Shown here: positions 20,052-28,932 of the stretch, in pieces | Layout: each line of letters begins with the position of its first letter | How positions within the stretch are numbered: the first letter of the stretch is position 1 | Assembly (NCBI GenBank): GCA_023386675.1 | Contig: JAEWJG010000160.1 | Span: forward strand, 1 to 41,310 | Length of the DNA stretch: 41,310 nucleotides | Reading direction: 5' to 3' | From: Actinomycetes bacterium | Lineage (GTDB): Bacteria > Actinomycetota > Actinomycetes > Actinomycetales > Microbacteriaceae | The notes under the pieces: model-generated | The model's input: the letters and a program-made list of their open reading frames with translations, nothing else | Database searches by the model: none | Told to the model about the DNA's origin: nothing | Position numbers and translations under genes: made by a program

Positions 20052-20982
20052 GGGCCCCGCCTCCGTCGCGGGAGAGCGGCTGAGCGAAGCGGACTTCGAA
20101 CGGCTGCGCCGCACCCGGGCGGAGGACCCTGCCCGGCTGCAGAGCATCCTCGCCGCCCGCCGTCGCCGCCCGATCATCCAGGACGACGGTCGCCTCTTCA
20201 TCGTGGCCGCCGATCACCCGGCCCGCGGCGCGCTCGGCATCCGCGGCGACGAACTGGCGATGGCGGACCGCTACGACCTGCTCGACCGCCTCGCCACCGC
20301 GCTCAGCCGACCGGGGGTGGACGGAGTGCTGGGCACCCCCGACATCATCGACGATCTGGCGCTGCTCGGCCTTCTCGACGACAAGGTCGTCGTCGGCTCG
20401 ATGAATCGCGGCGGTCTCCGCCACGCGACCTTCGAGATGGACGACCGCTTCACGGCGTACAACGTCGCGGGGATCGTGCGGGACGGGCTGGACTTCGCCA
20501 AGACCTTGCTCCGGATCAACCTGTCCGACGCGGGTTCGGCCACGACGATCGAGGCCAACGCCCGCGCCGTCGACGAAGCGGTCGAAGCGCAGCTGCCGAT
20601 CATGCTGGAGCCCTTCCTCAGCGACTGGGTGAACGGGCGCGTGGTCAACGACCTCAGCACGGACGCCGTGATCCGGTCGATCGCCATCGCCTCCGGACTC
20701 GGGACGAGTTCCGTCTACACCTGGCTGAAGCTGCCCGTCGTACCGGACATGGAGCGCGTCATGGCGGCGACGACCCTTCCCACGCTTCTGCTCGGCGGCG
20801 AGGCCCGGCAGGCGGACCACGAGGTGTTCGACCTCTGGGAGGGCGCGCTGCGGCTCCCCGGCGTTCGGGGGCTCGTCGCCGGCCGCAGCCTCATCTACCC
20901 CTCCGACCACGACGTCGCTGCGGCGGTCGACAGAGCCGCTGCGCTCGTCCACGCCTCCGACCGGGCGCGGCTCACCCGATGA
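20038..20982 (+). CDS. Class I aldolase-like TIM-barrel protein of actinobacterial iol clusters (Cgl0159-like)
   Basis: IVAADHPARGAL, GSMNRGGL, WLKLP, PTLLLGG and GLVAGRSLIYP; lies between iolC and iolB. Confidence 0.85.
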   Translation: MLRFEGPASVAGERLSEADFERLRRTRAEDPARLQSILAARRRRPIIQDDGRLFIVAADHPARGALGIRGDELAMADRYDLLDRLATALSRPGVDGVLGTPDIIDDLALLGLLDDKVVVGSMNRGGLRHATFEMDDRFTAYNVAGIVRDGLDFAKTLLRINLSDAGSATTIEANARAVDEAVEAQLPIMLEPFLSDWVNGRVVNDLSTDAVIRSIAIASGLGTSSVYTWLKLPVVPDMERVMAATTLPTLLLGGEARQADHEVFDLWEGALRLPGVRGLVAGRSLIYPSDHDVAAAVDRAAALVHASDRARLTR

Positions 20983-21908
20983 AGCGCCGGAACGAGTGGT
21001 TCTTCCCCCGCGGCGCGCTGACCCGCGACCGGTGGGAGTCGGTGGTCGACTCCCACCTTCCCGGCTGGACGCACACCGGGCTGCGGATCGCCGAGCTCTC
21101 GGGAGATGCCGAGGGCGACGGCGCGCTGACCCTGGGCCCGGACGCGGTGGAGCGGCTGATCGTCCCCTTGGCCGGCTCGTTCACGGTGATCCACGACGGA
21201 GGCTCGACGGAGCTCGCCGGGCGGCCATCGGTCTTCGCCGGTCCGACCGACACGCTGTACCTCGCCACCGGGACCGCGGCCTCCATCCTCGGCCGCGGCC
21301 GGGTGGCCGTGGCGGAGGCGCCGGCCACCGTCGCGCATCCGACGCGCCACATCCGTCGCGAGGAGGTGCCGGTGGAGCTGCGCGGAGCCGGCCGGTCGAG
21401 CCGGCAGGTGCACAACTTCGGCACACCGCAGACCCTCTCCGCCGACCGCTTCATCGTGTGCGAGGTCATCACCCCGGCCGACAACTGGTCGTCGTACCCG
21501 CCGCACAAGCACGACAGCCACAGTCCGACCGAATCCCGGCTCGAGGAGATCTACTACTTCGAGAGCGCCCTCTCCCGAACCGTGGCACCCGGCCTTGCTC
21601 CGCGGGACTCCGACGCGATCGGCTACCTTCGGACGTACTCGTCGGAAGCCGGGGACATCGACACCCTCGCCGAGGTGCGGACCGGCGACATCGGCCTCGT
21701 CCCCTACGGCTGGCACGGGCCCTGCGTCGCCGCCCCCGGCTACGACCTGTACTACCTCAACGTGATGGCGGGGCCCGACCCCGAGCGCGCCTGGAACATC
21801 AGCGACGACCCGGCACACGGCTGGGTGCGCGCGACGTGGGAGGGACAGGACATCGATCCGCGCCTTCCTTACCTGTCACCGACCGATCGAAGTGGAGAGC
21901 ATCGATGA
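20979..21908 (+). CDS. iolB: 5-deoxy-glucuronate isomerase
   Basis: EVITPADNWSSYPPHKHD, LEEIYYF, GWHGP and YYLNVMAGP motifs. Confidence 0.95.
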   Translation: MKRRNEWFFPRGALTRDRWESVVDSHLPGWTHTGLRIAELSGDAEGDGALTLGPDAVERLIVPLAGSFTVIHDGGSTELAGRPSVFAGPTDTLYLATGTAASILGRGRVAVAEAPATVAHPTRHIRREEVPVELRGAGRSSRQVHNFGTPQTLSADRFIVCEVITPADNWSSYPPHKHDSHSPTESRLEEIYYFESALSRTVAPGLAPRDSDAIGYLRTYSSEAGDIDTLAEVRTGDIGLVPYGWHGPCVAAPGYDLYYLNVMAGPDPERAWNISDDPAHGWVRATWEGQDIDPRLPYLSPTDRSGEHR

Positions 21909-23800
21909 CGACCCGACGGATGACCGTGAGCCAGGCGCTCATCGAATTCCTCGCCCATCAGTGGACGGTCGACGGCGACCACCGCGAGCGCACGATCGCC
22001 GGGACGTTCGGGATCTTCGGGCATGGCAACGTGGCCGGGGTCGGGCAGGCCCTCAAGCAGCTGGACGACGATCAGCCCGGGCTGATGCCGTACTACCAGG
22101 CGCGCAATGAGCAGGCCATGGTCCACCAGTCCGTCGGATACGCCCGGATGCGCCGCCGGCTCGGGACGATGGCGAGCGCGGCGTCGGTGGGTCCAGGAGC
22201 GGCGAACATGCTGACCGGCGCAGCGCTGGCCACCGCCAACCGCCTCCCCGCGCTCCTTCTCCCCAGCGACACGTTCGCCACACGTGTCGCCGACCCGGTA
22301 CTCCAGCAGCTCGAGCTGCCGCACGACACCGGCATCACGGTCAACGACGCCTTCCGTCCGCTGTCCCGCTTCTTCGACCGGGTCCAGCGGCCAGAGCAGC
22401 TCTACTCGATCGCCCTCCAGGCGATGCGGGTGCTCACGGACCCTGCCGAGACGGGCGCCGTCACGATCGCTCTGCCGGAGGACGTCCAGGCCGAGGCGCT
22501 GGATGTCCCGCTCGCCTTCCTCCAGGACCGCGAGTGGCATCTGCGCCGCCCGCTGCCCGAGCGCGGCGCGCTGGCCAGGGCCGTTGCCGCGATCCGCGGC
22601 GCCTCGCGGCCGCTCATCGTGGCGGGAGGCGGGGTCCTCTACTCCGGGGCCGAAGACGCCCTCCGCCGGCTGGTCGAGGAGACGGGCATCCCGGTCGGTA
22701 CCACGCAGGCGGGCGGTGGGTCCCTGGCCTGGGATCACCCCCAGTACCTGGGCGGGGTCGGCGCGACCGGGACGGTGCCTGCCAATCGCGCCGCGGCCGC
22801 TGCGGACGTGGTGATCGGCATCGGCACCCGGTACAGCGATTTCACCACCGCGAGCCGGACCGCGTTCCAGAACCCGGATGTCGTCTTCGTCAACATCAAC
22901 GTCGCCCCCTTCGACGCGTACAAGCACGGTTCCCAGCTGCCCGTGATCGCCGACGCGCGCGAGACCCTGGTGGCGCTCCAGGCGGAGCTCGCGGGCTATC
23001 GCGTGGAGGACGGATTCGCCGAGGAGCTGCGGCGGCTCCGAGCCCGATGGGACGCGACGGTGGACACCGCGTTCCGCGGCTCCGGCGTCGGACTGCCGGG
23101 ACAGCCGGAGATCATCGGCGCGGTCCAGAGCGCCACCGAGCCGCGAGACGTCGTGGTGCAGGCCGCCGGTTCGCTCCCCGGAGACCTGCACAAACTGTGG
23201 CGGGTGCGGGACGCACTGGGCTACCACGTCGAGTACGCGTTCTCGTGCATGGGGTACGAGATCGCCGGCGGTCTCGGAGTGAAGCGGGCGGCTCCCGACC
23301 GGGACGTCGTCGTCATGGTCGGCGACGGCTCCTACCTCATGCTCCACACCGAGCTGGTGACAGCGGTCGCCGAGGGCATCAAAATCATCGTCGTCCTCAT
23401 CCAGAACCACGGCTACGCGTCGATCGGGCACCTCAGCGAGACCATCGGCTCCGAGCGCTACGGCACCCGGTACCGCCAGCGGGACGCCGAACAGGGCTTC
23501 GAGGGCACCGAGGTCCTCCCGGTCGACCTCGCGGCCAACGCCCGGAGCTACGGCGTCGACGTCATCGAGGTGGAGCCGGGGCCCGATGCCGCCGGCCGGC
23601 TCCGCGACGCCGTGGCCCAGGCGAAAGCCTCGGATCGCACGACCCTCATTCACATCGACAGCGACCCGCTCGTGTACGCCCCGGACGGCGATGGCTGGTG
23701 GGATGTTCCCGTCGCCGAGGAGTCGACGCTGGCGAGCACGCGCGCAGCGCGCGAGCGGTACGAGGAGCAGCGCACCCTCCAGCGCCCGCTGCTCGGGTGA
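21905..23800 (+). CDS. iolD: 3D-(3,5/4)-trihydroxycyclohexane-1,2-dione acylhydrolase (ThDP-dependent)
   Basis: ATG at 21905 overlaps the iolB stop. GIFGHGNVAG, RNEQAM, YHVEYAFSCMGYEI, GDGSYLM and WWDVPV. Confidence 0.95.
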   Translation: MTTRRMTVSQALIEFLAHQWTVDGDHRERTIAGTFGIFGHGNVAGVGQALKQLDDDQPGLMPYYQARNEQAMVHQSVGYARMRRRLGTMASAASVGPGAANMLTGAALATANRLPALLLPSDTFATRVADPVLQQLELPHDTGITVNDAFRPLSRFFDRVQRPEQLYSIALQAMRVLTDPAETGAVTIALPEDVQAEALDVPLAFLQDREWHLRRPLPERGALARAVAAIRGASRPLIVAGGGVLYSGAEDALRRLVEETGIPVGTTQAGGGSLAWDHPQYLGGVGATGTVPANRAAAAADVVIGIGTRYSDFTTASRTAFQNPDVVFVNINVAPFDAYKHGSQLPVIADARETLVALQAELAGYRVEDGFAEELRRLRARWDATVDTAFRGSGVGLPGQPEIIGAVQSATEPRDVVVQAAGSLPGDLHKLWRVRDALGYHVEYAFSCMGYEIAGGLGVKRAAPDRDVVVMVGDGSYLMLHTELVTAVAEGIKIIVVLIQNHGYASIGHLSETIGSERYGTRYRQRDAEQGFEGTEVLPVDLAANARSYGVDVIEVEPGPDAAGRLRDAVAQAKASDRTTLIHIDSDPLVYAPDGDGWWDVPVAEESTLASTRAARERYEEQRTLQRPLLG

Positions 23801-23818
23801 GCGGAGGGCGGTCAGCCG

Positions 23819-24580
23819 TCAGCGGTTGACCAGGGTCACCTCGAACGAATAGAGGTCGGGGCGGTAGCAGTGCTGGCCGAACTCGACAGCGCGCCCGGAG
23901 TTGTCGAAGACGGTGCGCGACATCGTCAGCACCGCACTCCCCCGCCGGATGTCGAGTAGGGACGCCTCGTTGGCGGTCGCCTCGCGCGCGCCGATGCGCT
24001 GATTGGCGACACGCATCGTCACTCCGCGCGCACGCAGCAGCTGGTAGAGCCCGTGGGTCGCCAGATCGGCTTCGGCGAGGTCGGAGTACTCGGTGGGCAG
24101 CGTGTTGTCGAGGATCGCGATCGGCACACCGTCGGCCAGCCGCAGTCGCCTCAGGTGGAGGGTGGGGCTGCCTCGCTCGATGTCCAGGATGGCGGCCGCC
24201 CGCTCGTCCGCCGGCACGACCACGCAGTCCAGGATCCTGGTCTCGGGCTTCTGGCCGGAGCTCTCCAGGTCTTCGTACAGGCTGCTCAGCTCGACATTGC
24301 GCGTCACTCTCCCGTGAACGACCTGCGTGCCCACTCCCCGGCGGCGGACGAGCAGCCCCTTGTCGACGAGTTCCTGAATGGCGCGCCGGATGGTCGGGCG
24401 CGACAGGCCGAGCCGCTGACCGAGGGCGACCTCGTTCTCCAGGCGCGCGCCGGCCGGGAGCGTCTCATCCATGATCGCCCTCTCGAGCCGGGCAGCCACC
24501 TGGTAGTAGATGGGAACGGGGCCGGAGCGTTCGAGATCCATGAAGAGGTCGGCCGGCAGCGGATGCTCCGCTTTGACCAT
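23819..24580 (-). CDS. iolR: GntR (HutC subfamily, UTRA domain) regulator, probable inositol repressor
   Basis: PIYYQVA...ENEVALGQRLGLSRPTIRRAIQELVDKGLLVRRRGVGTQV followed by a UTRA-like domain; adjacent to iolD. Confidence 0.85.
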   Translation of the reverse strand: MVKAEHPLPADLFMDLERSGPVPIYYQVAARLERAIMDETLPAGARLENEVALGQRLGLSRPTIRRAIQELVDKGLLVRRRGVGTQVVHGRVTRNVELSSLYEDLESSGQKPETRILDCVVVPADERAAAILDIERGSPTLHLRRLRLADGVPIAILDNTLPTEYSDLAEADLATHGLYQLLRARGVTMRVANQRIGAREATANEASLLDIRRGSAVLTMSRTVFDNSGRAVEFGQHCYRPDLYSFEVTLVNR

Positions 24581-24602
24581 CTGCGCCTCCGAGCTGCTCG
24601 AG

Positions 24603-24616
24603 ATTGTGTTAACAAT
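24603..24616. promoter_or_regulatory. Degenerate IolR-type box upstream of the GntR gene (putative autoregulation)
   Basis: ATTGTGTTAACAAT; the core TGTGTTAACA differs at one position from the KGWCHTRACA consensus. Confidence 0.4.
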
Positions 24617-24683
24617 GGCGCTTCGTATTGTGGCAGATCCCGTGTCGCCGCCACGACGCTCACCGCAACCTCGCTCGGGGAAC

Positions 24684-25652
24684 CTACAACCAGTCCTTGC
24701 GTTTGAATGCCGCGTACAGCCCGACGGAGATCGCGACGATCAGAGCGGTGGACACCCAGAACCCCCACTCCGTGGAGAACCCCGGGTAGGGAACGTTCTG
24801 CCCGTAGAAGCCGGTGATCGCCGTGGGGACGGCGATGATCGCGGCCCAGCTGGTCACCTTCTTCATCACCAGGTTCATGCGGTTGCCCTGCAGGCCCACG
24901 TTGGTGTCCAGGATGCTCGTCACCAGATCGCGCAGGGTCTCGGTCCATTCGCTGGCGCGCAGGACGTGGTCGTAGACGTCCTGGAAGTAGGGGATCATCG
25001 ACGGATCGATCGCCTCCAGGTCGCGGCGCATCAGCGTGTTGAGGACCTCGCGCATCGGGAGCACTGCGCGTCGCAGCTGCACCAGCGACTTCCGCAGTTC
25101 GAAGGAGCGCCGCTGGATGTCCCTCCCCCTCTGCGGGGGCTCGAAGAGCTCGTCCTCGAGCTCGTCGATGGCGGCATCCAGATCCTGAACGGTTTGGAAG
25201 TGACCGTCGACCACGGTGTCCAGCAGACCCCACAGCAGGAAGGACACACCACGGGTGAGCTGGTCCGGCTGCTTGTCCCAGTGGTCTTCCACAGCACGGA
25301 TGTCGAAGTCCTCGCCGTGGACGGTCACCAGCGCCCGGTGAGTGATGAAGGCCTTGATGTCGTGGGCGGTGACCTCGTCCGTCGCCGGGTCGAAGCTGAC
25401 GCCGTACGCCGAGAGGAACAGGTGCGAGTCGTACCGGTCCAGCTTGGGGCGCTGGTGCTCGTGGACGGCGTCCTCCACCGCCAGCGGATGCAAGGAGAGT
25501 TCCTCCTCCAGGGCCGACAGGTCCTCCATGGTCGGGTTGACGAAGTCCACCCACACCGTCGACGACGGATCGGCGACGTGGTCGGAGACATCGGCCAGCG
25601 GGAAGTCCGACAGCTCCAGAGCCCCTGCGCGGTACAAGCGAGTACGAATCAC
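24684..25652 (-). CDS. corA: CorA family Mg2+/Co2+ transporter
   Basis: LHPLAVEDAVHEHQRPKLDRY, YFQDVYDH, and two C-terminal TM helices with YGQN (variant of GMN). Confidence 0.9.
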   Translation of the reverse strand: MIRTRLYRAGALELSDFPLADVSDHVADPSSTVWVDFVNPTMEDLSALEEELSLHPLAVEDAVHEHQRPKLDRYDSHLFLSAYGVSFDPATDEVTAHDIKAFITHRALVTVHGEDFDIRAVEDHWDKQPDQLTRGVSFLLWGLLDTVVDGHFQTVQDLDAAIDELEDELFEPPQRGRDIQRRSFELRKSLVQLRRAVLPMREVLNTLMRRDLEAIDPSMIPYFQDVYDHVLRASEWTETLRDLVTSILDTNVGLQGNRMNLVMKKVTSWAAIIAVPTAITGFYGQNVPYPGFSTEWGFWVSTALIVAISVGLYAAFKRKDWL

Positions 25653-25746
25653 GTGCCATAGCGTAGGGACCGGACGCTGGGCGATGGGTGGTTAGGCGTG
25701 CCGAACCTTGCTGGCGAGACGGCCAGCGGCTTCCTACGCTGAGGCG

Positions 25747-26478
25747 ATGACCGAGACGTTCCCCTCCCCGGACACCGCTCACGCGAGCGAGCCGCACCGC
25801 AGCGGCGGTGTCGCCCAGCGACTGAACTGGCTGCGCGCCGGCGTGCTGGGCGCCAACGACGGAATCGTCTCGGTCGCGGCCGTCGTGGTCGGTGTCGCGG
25901 GGGCCACCGGATCCGTCGCCGCGATCATCACCGCCGGCCTTGCGGCGCTCGTCGGAGGTGCCGTTTCGATGGCCCTCGGCGAGTACGTCTCCGTCAGCAG
26001 TCAGCGCGACAGCGAGCACGCGCTGATCGAGAAGGAGCGGCGAGAACTGGCCGAGATGCCCGACGAGGAGCTCGCCGAGCTGGCAGGACTGTACGAGGCG
26101 CGGGGGCTGACGCCCGAGACGGCCCGGCAGGTCGCGATCGAGCTCACCGAGCACGATGCGCTCGGCGCGCACCTGGCCGCCGAGCTGGGCATAGACCCGG
26201 ACGACGTCGTCAGCCCCTGGCACGCCGCGTTCGCCTCAGCCGTCGCGTTCACCGTCGGAGGCGTCCTGCCGCTGCTCACCATCCTCCTGCCGGGAGCGGT
26301 CCGCATCCCGGTCACCTTCGTGGTGGTGCTGATCGCGCTGGCCGTCACCGGCTACGTCGCTGCGTGGATCGGCGGCAGCTCCCGCGTCCGCGCCATGGTC
26401 CGCGTGCTCATCGGCGGAGCACTCGCCCTCGCCGCCACCTTCGCCATCGGCGCACTCCTCGGAACGACGATCCGGTAG
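25747..26478 (+). CDS. VIT1/CCC1 family Fe/Mn transporter
   Basis: LNWLRAGVLGANDGIVS and SMALGEYVSVSSQRD; TACGCT -10 lies 6 nt before ATG 25747. Confidence 0.92.
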   Translation: MTETFPSPDTAHASEPHRSGGVAQRLNWLRAGVLGANDGIVSVAAVVVGVAGATGSVAAIITAGLAALVGGAVSMALGEYVSVSSQRDSEHALIEKERRELAEMPDEELAELAGLYEARGLTPETARQVAIELTEHDALGAHLAAELGIDPDDVVSPWHAAFASAVAFTVGGVLPLLTILLPGAVRIPVTFVVVLIALAVTGYVAAWIGGSSRVRAMVRVLIGGALALAATFAIGALLGTTIR

Positions 26479-26487
26479 ACGGTGGGT

Positions 26488-26516
26488 TTGGCCATGAACC
26501 GTTCACCGGGTAGTCT
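26488..26516 (+). promoter_or_regulatory. SigA-type promoter for tRNA-Gly
   Basis: TTGGCC-N17-TAGTCT ending 46 nt upstream of the tRNA. Confidence 0.55.
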
Positions 26517-26562
26517 GGGCGGCAGCCCTACTCCCCAGTGATCCACTGGGATTCCGGGCCAC

Positions 26563-26633
26563 GCGAGTGTAGTTCAATGGTAGAACTTCAGCTTCCCAAG
26601 CTGATAGCGCGGGTTCGATTCCCGTCACTCGCT
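26563..26633 (+). tRNA. tRNA-Gly (anticodon CCC); CCA not encoded
   Basis: Acceptor stem GCGAGTG/CACTCGC, D arm GTTC-AATGGTA-GAAC, anticodon arm TCAGC-TTCCCAA-GCTGA, T arm GCGGG-TTCGATT-CCCGT. Confidence 0.96.
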
Positions 26634-26823
26634 CCGTTTGTCACTTCTCAAGCTAGGTGAGCTTGTCCAGTTCTACTTGGGCATGAGTTCACGCTTCACG
26701 CGATTTGGCTCGTAACTCGCTCGGGGTAGTGCCGGTGCTAGGGCCGATGGAATAGTGTTGGGTTACGCCACAGAAGAAGTTTTGACAAGTTTCGAGGCTT
26801 CAATTCCAGCGAAAGGGCCGATC

Positions 26824-27078
26824 GTGACCAACAACGTGGAGGATCTGCTGCGGGACGCGCAGATCGATGTCCTGGAAGAAATGTCGCGCCGCCTCGTTCA
26901 CATTGTCGAGTCAGATGGGGACGTTTCGCCCGGCGAGGCGGTTCGCAACCTTGCGCGTGAAATGGGAATAGTCGAATCGCAGGCGAAGTTTGGGCTGACC
27001 TACGCAAAGGCAAAGGGAAAGTTGAAGCTTGACCGCGCGACGCGTCGACTGAGCGTCAGCCAGCCCTCATACGCATAA
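26824..27078 (+). CDS. Small (84 aa) hypothetical protein, winged-helix-like
   Basis: GTG at 26824 after GAAAGGG RBS; helix-strand-helix-helix then beta-hairpin pattern; its TAA directly abuts the next GTG. Confidence 0.7.
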   Translation: MTNNVEDLLRDAQIDVLEEMSRRLVHIVESDGDVSPGEAVRNLAREMGIVESQAKFGLTYAKAKGKLKLDRATRRLSVSQPSYA

Positions 27079-28932
27079 GTGAACGGCGACCCCGACGTTG
27101 GCGGCCCGGGCGCTGGGAGCGCCGGACCGCTCGGTTTGAGAGTTCTGGCTGACGGGTCGTTAGTTCGGCCAGACAAGTATTCGGCACGCTACGGCAGGCG
27201 TGAAAGCGAGAGTCTCCGAACGCAGGTCGACACACGCACCGAGACCGAGCGAGACCGCGGTCGGCTTAACTACTCACCATTCGTTAGACGCTTGGCAGGA
27301 GTGACGCAGGTCACGTCGCCCGACCTGACTACGACCAAAATGCATTCGCGGGAGTCGCACACGCACAAGGTCGCCGCCATCTCGCGCGAGATCGCACAAC
27401 ATGTCGTTCGACGCGCCATGACTGACGAGTCCGTTGCAGCGGTCATCCTCCAAGCGGGCGGGCTGGACGTAAGTGCATGTGAAACCGCGGGGCTCGCTCA
27501 CGACCTCGGGCACCCACCATTTGGACATGCTGGTGAGGCAGTGCTCGATCGGCTCCTTCGGCGCCACAACGTCTGGGATGGCTTCGAAGGGAACGCGCAG
27601 AGCTTTCGAATTGTGACCCGTTTGGATCTGCGGTCCCCAGGAGTTTGGGGCTTGGGCTTGACCAACGTGACGCTCGCTGCCATTCAGAAGTATCCCTATA
27701 CCCGCAAGGCTCGAGCGACAAAGTTCGGTGCTTATGAATCGGAGGGTAATGTGCTTGAGGCCTGCCGCAAGGCAGTCCTCGGCGAGGACTGGGAGAGCGA
27801 CGAGCAGACACTAGAAGCCTCGATTATGGATCTGGCCGACGACATCGCGTATGCCGTTCACGATTTGGAGGACTTTCTCGGGGCCGGCGTAATAGACATT
27901 CGGCTGCCAATTGCGGATCTCGAGGAAATGATCGAAACGGCTGACGTGTTGCAATGGGGACGGATTACATCCGCCCTGCGAAGTCTCCAACGCGACATGA
28001 CTGACGCGCTGGACGGACTCAGCAGACAGGCCAAACGGGTCGCAGCTGAGTCTGACGAGCCAGACGATGTAGCTCTGAGCGAGGCCATGCAACGAGTAGT
28101 CGACGACTCGCGTGTGCCCATTGCGACGCTGGGAACGACACTTTCCAGTGGGAGACCGCTCAGGGTCCTTGAAGCTTCAGACTTCAGTGGACTTACGAAC
28201 CCCTTTGCGGCCGCGGCAATCGATCTCGCTAACAAGTACGCTGGCTACTTTGAATTTCCCGCGTTCCTGCATCAAATGCGACAGGTCTTGGCGCTACTGA
28301 CCGAAGACTTTCCAGCGATTACTCGACCTGCCGAAGCTGAGTACTCCGCTACTGTCCGCAAAGAACTCAGCTCCGTCGTGGGTGAGTTCTTTGAAAATAT
28401 CCAGATTGCGAGCGCACCGCCATATCCGGGGGGACCCCGAGTACACCTCTCCGTTGACTCATGGCACTTTCTCCAGTGCTTGAAGGTGATAACGCGGCGC
28501 TACTTGGTGTCTAGCCCGCGGATGGGCATTATCCAACAGGGACAGGCAGCGGCCATTACGTCCCTATTTCACGGCTTAGCCGCTTGGCTTTCAAGCGGAC
28601 CTGACCCGCTTACCGTGCCCGCTCAACTTAAGGAATACATCGAAGCTCAGAACATCTCGGTGCCGGTCAGGGACCAGACCCGACCCACGGGCGTATCCGA
28701 CGAGGCAGTCGACTCGACCTTAGAACCCGCATTGCCAGACCAGGCAAACGATCGAGAGACCTTCGAAGAGATCAGGCGAGGGTACAAGCCACTGGTACTC
28801 GATCCGAAGCACTATCGGGCGATCAGTGACTATATCTGTGGCATGAGCGATTCTGAGGCGCTTTTACGGTCTCAATGGCTCACCGGCATCGAGATTCCAG
28901 GTATGACTAGTTTGGGAGTCCAAGTTTCGTAG
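27079..28932 (+). CDS. dgt: Divergent HD-domain dNTP triphosphohydrolase (dGTPase family), 617 aa
   Basis: RDRGRLNYSPFVRRLAGVTQV, LAHDLGHPPFGHAGE, FEGNAQSFRIVT, IQKYP, IMDLADDIAYAVHDLED and C-terminal RAISDYICGMSD. Confidence 0.9.
   Translation: MNGDPDVGGPGAGSAGPLGLRVLADGSLVRPDKYSARYGRRESESLRTQVDTRTETERDRGRLNYSPFVRRLAGVTQVTSPDLTTTKMHSRESHTHKVAAISREIAQHVVRRAMTDESVAAVILQAGGLDVSACETAGLAHDLGHPPFGHAGEAVLDRLLRRHNVWDGFEGNAQSFRIVTRLDLRSPGVWGLGLTNVTLAAIQKYPYTRKARATKFGAYESEGNVLEACRKAVLGEDWESDEQTLEASIMDLADDIAYAVHDLEDFLGAGVIDIRLPIADLEEMIETADVLQWGRITSALRSLQRDMTDALDGLSRQAKRVAAESDEPDDVALSEAMQRVVDDSRVPIATLGTTLSSGRPLRVLEASDFSGLTNPFAAAAIDLANKYAGYFEFPAFLHQMRQVLALLTEDFPAITRPAEAEYSATVRKELSSVVGEFFENIQIASAPPYPGGPRVHLSVDSWHFLQCLKVITRRYLVSSPRMGIIQQGQAAAITSLFHGLAAWLSSGPDPLTVPAQLKEYIEAQNISVPVRDQTRPTGVSDEAVDSTLEPALPDQANDRETFEEIRRGYKPLVLDPKHYRAISDYICGMSDSEALLRSQWLTGIEIPGMTSLGVQVS

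Noticed and set aside
20996..21904. Apparent N-terminal extension of iolD (similar extensions on thuA, the Gfo/Idh/MocA gene, the MalF-like permease and qcrB)
   Set aside because: They overlap upstream genes in another frame; the true starts are the stop-overlapping codons listed in features.
26534..26550. Hairpin CCCAGTG-ATC-CACTGGG before the tRNA
   Set aside because: Short stem in the pre-tRNA leader without a U-tract; no function can be supported.
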